From: Actinomycetes bacterium
Lineage (GTDB): Bacteria > Actinomycetota > Acidimicrobiia > Acidimicrobiales > Ilumatobacteraceae
Direction: 5' to 3'
Assembly (NCBI GenBank): GCA_014190215.1
Contig: BJGB01000001.1
Span: 1 to 59,545 of the forward strand
Length of the DNA stretch: 59,545 bases
Of this stretch, positions 25,476-34,800 are shown in pieces. A program made the position numbers and the translations under genes. Numbering within the stretch: position 1 is the stretch's first letter; every line of letters starts with the position of its first letter. The notes under the pieces were generated by a model. The model did not search any database, was not told the DNA's origin, and worked only from the letters and a program-made list of their open reading frames with translations.

Positions 25476-26858
25476 GTGCGCAGACTAGCCATCGTCTTCA
25501 TTGCAGTCGGCTTCGTGCTCGGTTTTGTTGATGTGGCACATGCTTCATCGGGCAGTGAACCACCCCAAGAGCCAGCAGTTTTGATGAGTACAAACCCCAC
25601 GGCACAAAGTCTTGCACCCGTTGATGTCTTCCAGGTTTCAGGACTCATCGACAACATCGTCGTTGACGCTATTGAGCGGGCAATCACCGACGCTGAGAGC
25701 AACGGGGCCCAGGCATTGGTCCTGCAGATTAACTCCAAGGCGTCCTTAGTGGGTCGTGACAAAATGCGTGATTTGTATCTGCGTATTGAGAATGCAAGCG
25801 TGCCGATAGCAATTTGGGTTGGTCCGTCTGGATCAAAAGCCACTGGTTTAGGTATGCAACTTTTGTCGGCGGCTGATGTGACGGGAATGGCCCCTGGAAC
25901 CAAGATCGGAAAATCAGGTACGGCATTGGTTGACGGAGTGGAGTTTGGCGAAGCCACCGAAATTTTGCGGACCCAGACTTTGGGATTCCAAGACGCCCGC
26001 CGTGCAGGAGCACTCAAACTAGAGATCAGTGATGAAGGTGCGCCAACCATTCGCAATATGGTCTACGCCCTTGACGGTTTGCAAATTGATGGGGTCGTGC
26101 TTGACACTGCGATTGAAACTTTGAATGACGATGGCACAGTATCCAACGACATCACCACTGTGCGTTTTCACAAACTTGGTCTGTGGGCGCAGATGCTGCA
26201 TACTTCGGCAAGTCCTCCAGTTGCTTATCTCTTTTTGTTGATCGGTTTGGCACTCTTGATTTTTGAATTCTTCACCGCTGGTATCGGTGTTGCGGGAGTT
26301 GTTGGAGCTGTTCTTCTTCTGCTCTCGTTCTATGGTCTTGGAGAATTACCGGCACGGAATTGGGCACTGGCCTTGATTTTCTTTTCAATGTTTGCCTTTG
26401 CCATTGATGTTCAGGTGGGAGTCCCACGTCTTTGGACGGGAGTTGGGATCGCAACTTTTGCTGTGGCTTCGTGGTTTTTGTTCCCCGTCGTCGATCAACA
26501 CTCATTGCGTGTTTCTTGGCTGAGTTTGCTTGTTGGCATTGGAGGTATCGCTCTCACTTTCATTTCGGGTATGCCGAGTATGACCCGAACTCGTTTTGCC
26601 ACACCGACAATTGGTCGTGAACGTTTGATTGGTGAGATCGGCAAAGCAATCTCAGATATCAGTCCCGATGGGGCAGTACAGATCGGTGCAGCTCGTTGGA
26701 AAGCCCGCACTAATCGCGCCACGCCAGTGAAGGCCGGCGAGATGGCGCGCGTGGTGGCCATTGATGGCATTGTTTTGCAAGTAGAACCCGAGGCTGGTGG
26801 AGCGCGGGATTATCGCGAACGCGGTTCAAAGAAGGACGAAGTTCTCGAAGAGAAATAG
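25476..26858 (+). CDS. NfeD-family membrane-bound ClpP-class serine protease
   Basis: GTG start. Signal peptide, ClpP-like domain (IDAIERAITDAESNGAQALVLQINS), four or five TM helices, and a C-terminal NfeD OB-fold (GAARWKARTN...VVAIDGIVLQVE). Confidence 0.8.
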   Translation: MRRLAIVFIAVGFVLGFVDVAHASSGSEPPQEPAVLMSTNPTAQSLAPVDVFQVSGLIDNIVVDAIERAITDAESNGAQALVLQINSKASLVGRDKMRDLYLRIENASVPIAIWVGPSGSKATGLGMQLLSAADVTGMAPGTKIGKSGTALVDGVEFGEATEILRTQTLGFQDARRAGALKLEISDEGAPTIRNMVYALDGLQIDGVVLDTAIETLNDDGTVSNDITTVRFHKLGLWAQMLHTSASPPVAYLFLLIGLALLIFEFFTAGIGVAGVVGAVLLLLSFYGLGELPARNWALALIFFSMFAFAIDVQVGVPRLWTGVGIATFAVASWFLFPVVDQHSLRVSWLSLLVGIGGIALTFISGMPSMTRTRFATPTIGRERLIGEIGKAISDISPDGAVQIGAARWKARTNRATPVKAGEMARVVAIDGIVLQVEPEAGGARDYRERGSKKDEVLEEK

Positions 26859-26871
26859 TCGAGGTGGCGCA

Positions 26872-27477
26872 ATGACTCTTTTCGAAGAAGATTTCAGCAC
26901 GCCTCGTCAGATACTTCCTCGTGATGGGGAGGCTGTGTATTTTCAGACCGCCTTCAGCAACGAACAAAGTGCGCGATATCTGAGGACGCTTACTGATGAA
27001 ACACCGTGGGAAGCGCGCAATATTATTTTGTTTGGCAAAGAAGTTCCTCAACCACGACTGGCTTGTTGGTATGGCGACTTGGGATATTCCTACTCGGGTA
27101 TCACCCTCGAGCCGCGACAGATGACTCCGACACTTGTAGAAATTCAGCAGCAATGCGAGTTGTTAGCAAACGCAAAGTTCAACTCCGTTTTGGTCAATCT
27201 CTATCGTGACGGACAAGACTCCATGGGTCTGCATGCCGATGATGAGCGTGAACTTGGAGTTGAGCCAGTGATCGCTTCAGTGAGTATTGGCGGTGAACGC
27301 AATTTTCGCTTGCGTCATCGTGAATCTAAACAACTAGTGCAGATAACCCTCGGCTCTGGTTCCCTGCTGGTGATGAGTGGCCTATCACAACAATGTTGGA
27401 TGCATGATGTACCCAAGACGAAGCGCCACGTTGAGCCACGAATTAATCTGACCTTCAGGTTGATTCATAATATTTAG
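26872..27477 (+). CDS. alkB: alpha-ketoglutarate-dependent dioxygenase AlkB family (DNA/RNA oxidative demethylase)
   Basis: LVNLYRDGQDSMGLHADDE (HxD), GSLLVMSG, WMHDVPK (distal His), RINLTFR. Start at the ATG at 26872 after GAGGTGG. Confidence 0.85.
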   Translation: MTLFEEDFSTPRQILPRDGEAVYFQTAFSNEQSARYLRTLTDETPWEARNIILFGKEVPQPRLACWYGDLGYSYSGITLEPRQMTPTLVEIQQQCELLANAKFNSVLVNLYRDGQDSMGLHADDERELGVEPVIASVSIGGERNFRLRHRESKQLVQITLGSGSLLVMSGLSQQCWMHDVPKTKRHVEPRINLTFRLIHNI

Positions 27478-27489
27478 AGTTACGGATAT

Positions 27490-29199
27490 TTAGAGTTTTG
27501 GACCAGCGATACGCAGATCGCCGCGGCGTCGTGTCATGCCCCGAGCATCAAGTTCGCTGGCCAGCGGAACGGCATGTTTACGGGTGACGCCGAGGGCCTC
27601 ACGAAACTGTGACATCGTAAAACCTTCGGCACTAACGGCGAGCAACTCTCGCGCTGTTTGTTGTGCTGTCTCTAATGCGGTGATGTGAAACCATTCTCCT
27701 TCGCGTTCGAACAACAAACCAGCCTTGGCGAGGCGGCGAAGTTCTGGTGGAGAAATATCAGTGGGCAGGTTCGGGGCGCAGGCTTCGCGGGCTAATCGTT
27801 CAATGATTGGATGTTCAAGTAACGCATCATGGACTCCTGCGACGCGTACACGTCCATCGGTGATGGAGAGAGTCGTCAGAGTCGATATGACAGCCCTGTG
27901 TTGTTCGGTGAATGACGCTAGGTCAACTCCATTCGGGTTTTTTGTCGCCATGACAGATTCGATGTGAGCGATAGTTTTGTCAAGTTCCTGTGGTGAGACG
28001 ATCCAGTTATTGAACATGGGTTCAACGTTGATTCCCGTCAGCAGTTGCAGGTCGGCACTTGTGACCCATCCGCGTTCATTGATGACCCGTTGGACATCGC
28101 GATTTGGGGTGGCGCGAGAGGCGGGGAGCTTAGGATTGATATCAAGAATTTCTCCACCTCCCACAGTTTCTGAGCGCCCACTTTCGCGCAAGACATAGCG
28201 ATCACCAGGAAGTAACGGGATAGGGCGTGATAAATGAATGCGAATGAGCCCATGCTCACCCGGAGCGATTGACTCGGGGCCGAGGACGCGCACTCGTGCA
28301 GGAATCTCATCTGAGCCGATGTGTACCGTGAAAGCACCGCGGCGCGAGACGACATGTTTGAGCGACTTCAAAACACTCAGCGAAGCATCAACTCTTGGGC
28401 TGCAGAACCATTGACCTTCTTGGATGACGACATCCCCACGCGCTAATTGCCCGTGCTCAACCCCCGCCAAATTGAGCGCAACTCGATGGCCGGGTTGCGC
28501 TTGGTTGATTGCCTGACCGAGAGTTTGGATGGCACGAATTCTCCCTTCGAGCATGAGTGGGGCGATGAGAATCGGGTCACCAACTTTCAAGCCACCGTCA
28601 GTCAAAGTTCCTGTGACGACCGTGCCACTGCCTTTGGCGGCAAACACACGGTCAATAAACAACCGTGGGCGATCATGATCGACAGATTCATCGCAACGCT
28701 CAGCCAGTTCTTCTAGGGCACGGATAAGTTGCGGGATTCCATCGCCTGTTGGAGCGCTGATTCCGATAACGGGCGCATTGTCGAGAAATGTTCCAGAGAC
28801 ATGGTCAGCGATATCTAGTCGGGCTAATTCAAGATCGTCAGAGTCGCAGAGATCTATTTTCGTCAGGGCGATGAGACCTTGCGTCACGCCGACCATATGC
28901 AGAATGCGGAGATGCTCTTCGGTTTGTGGTTTCCAACCTTCACGAGCGTCAACAACTAAGAGGCATCCATGAATGCCTCGCACGCCCGCCAACATGTTGG
29001 AAATAAAACGTACATGACCAGGAACATCAATAAATGACACGGTTTGGCCATTCGGTAGTTGCAGATGTGCGAAACCAAGATCAATCGTCAGACCGCGCTC
29101 TTGTTCTTCAACCCAACGATCTGGGTTGATACCCGTCAGGGTGCGGATCAGAGTTGATTTGCCGTGGTCGACGTGGCCAGCAGTAGCGATGATACGCAT
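27490..29199 (-). CDS. selB: selenocysteine-specific translation elongation factor SelB
   Basis: IIATAGHVDHGKSTLIRTLTGINPDRWVEEQERGLTIDLGFA is the SelB-type G domain. Long C-terminal winged-helix extension (569 aa total). Confidence 0.9.
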   Translation of the reverse strand: MRIIATAGHVDHGKSTLIRTLTGINPDRWVEEQERGLTIDLGFAHLQLPNGQTVSFIDVPGHVRFISNMLAGVRGIHGCLLVVDAREGWKPQTEEHLRILHMVGVTQGLIALTKIDLCDSDDLELARLDIADHVSGTFLDNAPVIGISAPTGDGIPQLIRALEELAERCDESVDHDRPRLFIDRVFAAKGSGTVVTGTLTDGGLKVGDPILIAPLMLEGRIRAIQTLGQAINQAQPGHRVALNLAGVEHGQLARGDVVIQEGQWFCSPRVDASLSVLKSLKHVVSRRGAFTVHIGSDEIPARVRVLGPESIAPGEHGLIRIHLSRPIPLLPGDRYVLRESGRSETVGGGEILDINPKLPASRATPNRDVQRVINERGWVTSADLQLLTGINVEPMFNNWIVSPQELDKTIAHIESVMATKNPNGVDLASFTEQHRAVISTLTTLSITDGRVRVAGVHDALLEHPIIERLAREACAPNLPTDISPPELRRLAKAGLLFEREGEWFHITALETAQQTARELLAVSAEGFTMSQFREALGVTRKHAVPLASELDARGMTRRRGDLRIAGPKL

Positions 29200-29200
29200 C

Positions 29201-30469
29201 TCAAAGAATTTTCTTGAAAGCCTCAGCCACTAATGCATCATCACTTGGATCAATAGTCCGCAAGTCAATGATCGTGGAGTTGTCTTTGACTCGCGCAATG
29301 ATCGCTGGATTACAGTTACGCAACATCGTCAGATGATCGCCGTCAAGAGTGATGCCGATGGACTTTATGGAGATGCCGGGGGCACTGCCGGCACCTGGAA
29401 GCGAATCACAGTTGATGATGCGACCGCGTCCACACGATTGGATAATCGCTTCAGCACGTTTACCCAGTGCATCAATGCTGATGCTGGCCATACGCCAAAA
29501 AGGGATCTCACTCTGCGCTGTCCGTGCGAGGTAGGACATCATGGTGTTGTGTAATGAAGCCAACACCAGTCCACCTGGTCGCAGAGCGCGAGCCAAAGGA
29601 TGTTCACTACAAGTCTTGATGAGGTCGCTACGCCCGACAATGAAACCTGATTGTGGGCCACCCAACAACTTGTCCCCACTAAATGTCACGAGGTCAGCCC
29701 CCGCCGCCAATGTTTGTCTCGCTGCGGGCTCGCCGTTCAACCAAGCCGGTGGACCATCGCTCAGCCACGGACAGGCAGCATCTAACAAACCCGAACCAAT
29801 ATCAGACACGACAGGTACACCCAAGGTCGCTAGTTGATCGACGGGAGTCTCTTCGACAAATCCTTCGACGCGGTAATTAGAAGGATGCACTTTAAGAATC
29901 AGGGCAACGTCGTTACTCTTGCGCTCAATGGCTTTGCGATAATCACCGAGACGAGTGCGATTGGTGGTCCCGACATCAACAAGACGTGCGCCTGATTGCT
30001 CCATCACTTCGGGCACTCGAAAGCCACCACCAATTTCTACGCTCTCACCGCGACTAACAACAACATCACGATCATGCGCCAACGCAGCTAAGACAAGCAT
30101 CACGGCGGCCGCATTGTTGTTGACCACAAGGGCGGCTTGAGCGCCACAGGCGCGCGCAATGAGTTGACCGATTCCGCTTTGCCGACTTCCACGTTGTCCA
30201 GTGGAAAGATCAAACTCCAAATTTTGTGCTCGCGCAGTTTGCGTGTGTGCAACGGGAGAGCGACCGAGATTCGTATGGGCGATGACACCAGTGCCATTGA
30301 TGACTGGTACCAATAGGCACTGGGCAATTCCACGGGCGATGTCCTGGGCACGTTCTGGATTTCCCTCGGCTATTGCCTGACGGGCAGCGTCAACTAAGAG
30401 CGGATGGGGTAGACCGACATGTTCGATTGATCGGGCCAGCGAATCGACGCTAGGTGGATGCTTACTCAT
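29201..30469 (-). CDS. selA: L-seryl-tRNA(Sec) selenium transferase SelA
   Basis: VINGTGVIAHTNLGRSP, FSGDKLLGGPQSGFIVG (PLP-Lys context). The stop lies 1 nt upstream of the selB start. Confidence 0.9.
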   Translation of the reverse strand: MSKHPPSVDSLARSIEHVGLPHPLLVDAARQAIAEGNPERAQDIARGIAQCLLVPVINGTGVIAHTNLGRSPVAHTQTARAQNLEFDLSTGQRGSRQSGIGQLIARACGAQAALVVNNNAAAVMLVLAALAHDRDVVVSRGESVEIGGGFRVPEVMEQSGARLVDVGTTNRTRLGDYRKAIERKSNDVALILKVHPSNYRVEGFVEETPVDQLATLGVPVVSDIGSGLLDAACPWLSDGPPAWLNGEPAARQTLAAGADLVTFSGDKLLGGPQSGFIVGRSDLIKTCSEHPLARALRPGGLVLASLHNTMMSYLARTAQSEIPFWRMASISIDALGKRAEAIIQSCGRGRIINCDSLPGAGSAPGISIKSIGITLDGDHLTMLRNCNPAIIARVKDNSTIIDLRTIDPSDDALVAEAFKKIL

Positions 30470-30540
30470 CGTCTGTGACGCTACCTTTCGCTAGCCTCGG
30501 TGGACTGAGCGGGCGAGAAATCGTTGGCTAAGATTGCAGC

Positions 30541-30996
30541 GTGATTTTGTTCTTACTCTTCATCGTCGGCCCATTATGCGAGTTGTACACGATTGTCAAA
30601 ATGAGCGCCGCTATCGGCTTTTTCAACACTCTGGGCGTGATGATCGTTATCGGAGCCATCGGTAGTTGGCTCGTCAAGCGCGAGGGTATGCGGGTCTGGC
30701 AAAAGTTCAATACCGCAGTTGGTCAAGGAAAAGTTCCGACAAAGGAAATCATTGACGGAGTTTTGATTTTGGGCGCTGGGGCTTTGTTGCTGACTCCTGG
30801 CTTTTTGTCAGACATCTTTGGTCTGCTGATGCTATTTCCGCCCACACGGGTGATCTTTCGTGGGTTCCTTTTGCGCCGGACTGGCAAGAAGGTTCGATTT
30901 GCGTCTCAGATTTTCCATGAATCAAGCAACGGCCCTCAGGGTTCCGGAGATTTCATTGATGGTGATGCCACGGAAATCCAAGGTGAACTGGATTAA
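30541..30996 (+). CDS. fxsA: FxsA family membrane protein
   Basis: LLLTPGFLSDIFGLLMLFPPTR is the hallmark FxsA motif. Two N-terminal TM helices. Confidence 0.8.
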   Translation: MILFLLFIVGPLCELYTIVKMSAAIGFFNTLGVMIVIGAIGSWLVKREGMRVWQKFNTAVGQGKVPTKEIIDGVLILGAGALLLTPGFLSDIFGLLMLFPPTRVIFRGFLLRRTGKKVRFASQIFHESSNGPQGSGDFIDGDATEIQGELD

Positions 30997-31799
30997 TCGC
31001 CACGTTCATCTTGCTGTGCTTCTTTGAGAAGAATTTTACGAGCCTTAGTGATCACGCGCTCGCGTCGGTTGCGCGCAGTGCGCGGTGCAATATTGAGTAC
31101 GGGCGCGATTTCAACTGAATTGAAATTCAAACTAATAGCTCGCAACATGTGAATCTCGCGTGGGAGTAGACCTGCGGAGGCGAGTTCATGAAGCAATATT
31201 TCAATACCTGCACTTTCACTCACTGGATCGCTTTCCATATCCCCTTGTCGAAAGAGTCCAAACTCGAGGCCCAACATGGCGCTCGGGGAGCGATGGTCTT
31301 CTGAGCGGTGCATCTTGAGGCGGGAATCACGTACGAAGGCTTGATACTCGATGTCCATCAACAGATTGGCGGCCACGCGATGTGGGCGTCGCTCAATCGG
31401 GAAACAGCGAATCGTCACCCAGGCTGCAGAAACAATGCTGTCAAAGGCCCCCACAAGACCAGTGGGAATAGTTGGTGAGCGCCGCACTGCTGTAGCTATC
31501 AAGCCAGGAAGAATTCGTTGGAAAACGATTCTCGTGGCTAAGTCATCGGTCTGAGCAACAACGACAAGACGCGACAAGTAATCATCAAAATGTTGATCAT
31601 CTCCAGTTCTGTCAAAACCACAGCGTGTCAAAATTTGGTTGAGATGTGTCACCTCGGGGCCTTCAAGATTCCATGCATTCGCCCGACGAATATTGTGTGT
31701 TTGACGAGCCATACGTTGCCATTCGGTGGCGAGTCGCGTGGCCATGGCCAAACGACCACTGCCAGCGCTATATGTGTGTGCTGTGTAGTGATGAGTCAT
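30993..31799 (-). CDS. sigma-70 family (ECF-like) protein, divergent
   Basis: Region-2-like helices (DDLATRIVFQRILPGLI...AAWVTIRCF...LLMDIEYQAF) and a region-4-like HTH (LPREIHMLRAISLNFNSVEIAPVLNIAPRTARNRRERV). The assignment is tentative. Confidence 0.5.
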   Translation of the reverse strand: MTHHYTAHTYSAGSGRLAMATRLATEWQRMARQTHNIRRANAWNLEGPEVTHLNQILTRCGFDRTGDDQHFDDYLSRLVVVAQTDDLATRIVFQRILPGLIATAVRRSPTIPTGLVGAFDSIVSAAWVTIRCFPIERRPHRVAANLLMDIEYQAFVRDSRLKMHRSEDHRSPSAMLGLEFGLFRQGDMESDPVSESAGIEILLHELASAGLLPREIHMLRAISLNFNSVEIAPVLNIAPRTARNRRERVITKARKILLKEAQQDERGD

Positions 31800-31814
31800 G
31801 GTGGCTAGAGGACA

Positions 31815-34800
31815 ATGTCTCCTTCACCGCTGACCTCACTTGCTGCTGTTGTGCAACCCGCGGTGAGAGTTGCGGTGAGAGCCAAGAGTCAGATGGCTGG
31901 CATGGAATCTCATGAACTGGTCGTGATGAGCGGTCCCGACAGTGGGGCGGTTCACGGCTTGCATCTTGGTCGTCAATCGCTGGGTCGATCCCAAGCCGCT
32001 GGGATATGCATCGACGATCCAATGATCGAGACTCACCACGCAATTATCAGTTGGGACCCACCTGAACTTCAGGTCAGTCGTCTTGGCGGAGATGTGCAGG
32101 CCTGGGATAAAAGTTTGCGTGCTGGAAACTCGCTCTGCAAAATTCGTTTGACAGTTACTATCGTTGAGGGAGCGCCTCGTATTTTTCATCGCCCGCCACC
32201 CATCGCTGAAGCAGAGGTTCATCCGCCTCATCTTGGGATTGCGCCAACCGCCCCATCTCCCGTGAGGACGCCACCTCTGAGCGCGGTGATGACGGGCTTG
32301 GTGATTGGTGTTTTGTTAGCTGTTCTCACCAAACAGATGTTGTTTGGATTATTCGCCGTCGTGACTGCCGTCGTTGCGGGGTTGACGTGGGTCTTTAGCC
32401 TTGGCACCCACCACCGTGCCATGAAGCGTTGGCAAAAAGATACGGATGATCTTCAGCAACGCTTCAACGAAGAGTGTCGCGAGTTTTTGTACTTGGGAGT
32501 GATCCGTCAGCAACGTCGACATCGGCTTTTGGGGGACTTGCTGGGTGTCGCGCAAACTGGATCCGCACAATTGTGGGAATATAAAAAAATTGATGAGGTG
32601 TGTATTGGCCGCGGTTCACGCACAATGCGCGTGACAACAGATTCCGCCCCAGTTGAGATCCACGATGTACCGATCACCACATCCCTGCGGCCTGGCGAGA
32701 TTGTCGGGATATTCGGTGCTGCTGCGCAGCGTCTAGCAATCGCGATCATCATCCGACTAGCCGTTGAGGTGGGTCCATCGGACTGGGAACTCATTGCTGT
32801 TGAACCGCTGAGCGATGAGTGGGCCATGATCTCCTCTTTGGCTCATGTGCGAAAGACACCATTGGATAAACAGGATGTAGATCATGTGAGTTCGGCTAGC
32901 AAACATCGGATTTTGTTAGTCACTAACGCCGCGGTCATCGCCAGTCGCACGTGCATCGCACGCAGAATCTTGGCATTGGGTGAGACATCAATTTTAGTTG
33001 TTGCTGGCGAACGTGCTGGTTTGCCGAACATATGCACGCAAATCATTGATGCCGACATGCCAAATCTTGATGGCATGACAGCGCGAGGAGCGGCTAATGT
33101 CTCGCATGCTCTGGGAAGTTGGATTGATCCTGATTGTGATGGGAGCATGCTGCTTGAAAAAATAGACTTTGAAACTTTGCTATGCAATGGTCAGGTGACA
33201 GCAGTGGCCATTAGTCGGCGTTGGAGGGATTACGAAGCGCGCTCGATGATCGCTGTGATCGGTGCATCATCTGATGGAACAATTGCCATTGATTTTGATA
33301 GTGACGGGCCACACGCAGTAGTGGTGGGCACAACAGGATCGGGGAAGAGCGAGTTCTTACGGACCTTGATTCTTGCCCTGGCGGTTAGATCTTCACCATC
33401 TGAGTTGAATTTTGTTCTCATTGACTACAAAGGTGGAGCCGCCTTTGACGCTTGCACACATTTGCCGCATGTTGTGGGGGTGATCACCGATCTTGACACT
33501 GGTTTGGCTGAGCGAGTGTTAACAAGTCTGGAGGCTGAACTTCGTTACCGTGAGCGAAAGTTGAGGGACTTTGATAAGACGCTGCCGCGTTTGGTCGTAA
33601 TCGTTGACGAATTAGCAGCGCTCGCAGTTGATGTGCCTGAGTTCATTGGATCCTTAGTGTCCATTGCGCAACGTGGTCGCAGCCTCGGCGTTCATTTGAT
33701 CGTGGCCACCCAGCGACCGGGAGCGGTGTTATCGGCTGACGTCCTGGCAAACGCGAATATTCGTGTGGCCCTGCGCGTACAGTCAGTTCACGATTCGCAG
33801 GAGATTGTTGGGTCGGGTGTAGCGGCGGGTTTTACGCGAGATGTTCCGGGTAGAGCGGCGATGCGACTGGGTCCCAACGATTTATATATTTTTCAGACAG
33901 CGATGATTGCTGGGAATATCGCCGACATTGTGGAAGTCATCGTCGAGGCGAGCGAATTAACTAAGAGCGAGAAACCTCGCCGTCCATGGCTTGACCCACT
34001 TCCAGTAGTTCTGATGCGGGCAAACGTTTGCGAGAATGCTGATGAACCTAATTTTTCCCAGTTGCACATTGGCATGCTTGATGATCCGAGTTGTCAACGC
34101 CAAGTCAATTTGACTCTTGATCTCAGCCAGCATGTATTAGTCACGGGAAATTCGCGCAGCGGTAAATCATCTTGCCTGAAATTGATACGTGAGATCATTG
34201 GGACATCAGCAATGGTGTACACAATCGCCGGTACGGGTAACTCAGATTACTCAAAAAATGAAATTGATTTAGCTGACCGTGAATTGGTTCAGCGATTACT
34301 TGATCTCTGCCTCAGAAGGATTGTTGATGGTGAGAGCCACCAGCCGTCATCTACTCGAATAGCTCTATTGATTGATGATATTGATGTCTGGAGGAATCAT
34401 TTCCTTGAAGACCGTCTCGGCTTGTCATTGTGGGCGATGATGCAACGAGTGATCATTGAAGGTCCCGCTCACGGCATTACTTGTGTTTTGACTATGGCGA
34501 GTGGGCAGGCATTGCCGGCGATTTTGAGTTCGCGAATTCGTCAAAAGTGGCAACTTGACGATCACCCTGGTGGGGTCATCGGCGAATACGAGGGTCGTTT
34601 GCTTCGTGGTCAGTTGTTTTTCCACACAGAAGTTGAGGCCTCTGACCAAACGTTGCGATCGCGAAAATCAAGCCTTGTGAGACATCTTGGCTCTCGCATT
34701 GCAACTGCCGAACTTCGCCAGCGCGGGGCATGGGGAGTTTTTGCCAAAGACTTCGAAGAGGTGTGTCTGCGACCATCGGCTGATCTGGCGATGTGTGTGG

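Noticed and set aside
30470-30540. Candidate location for tRNA-Sec (selC) upstream of selA.
   Set aside because: It is only 71 nt long. There is no acceptor/T-arm complementarity and no UCA anticodon loop. The TTCAAA and TTTGAA strings I noticed elsewhere (28377-28382, 1146-1151) lie inside coding regions and lack a cloverleaf context.
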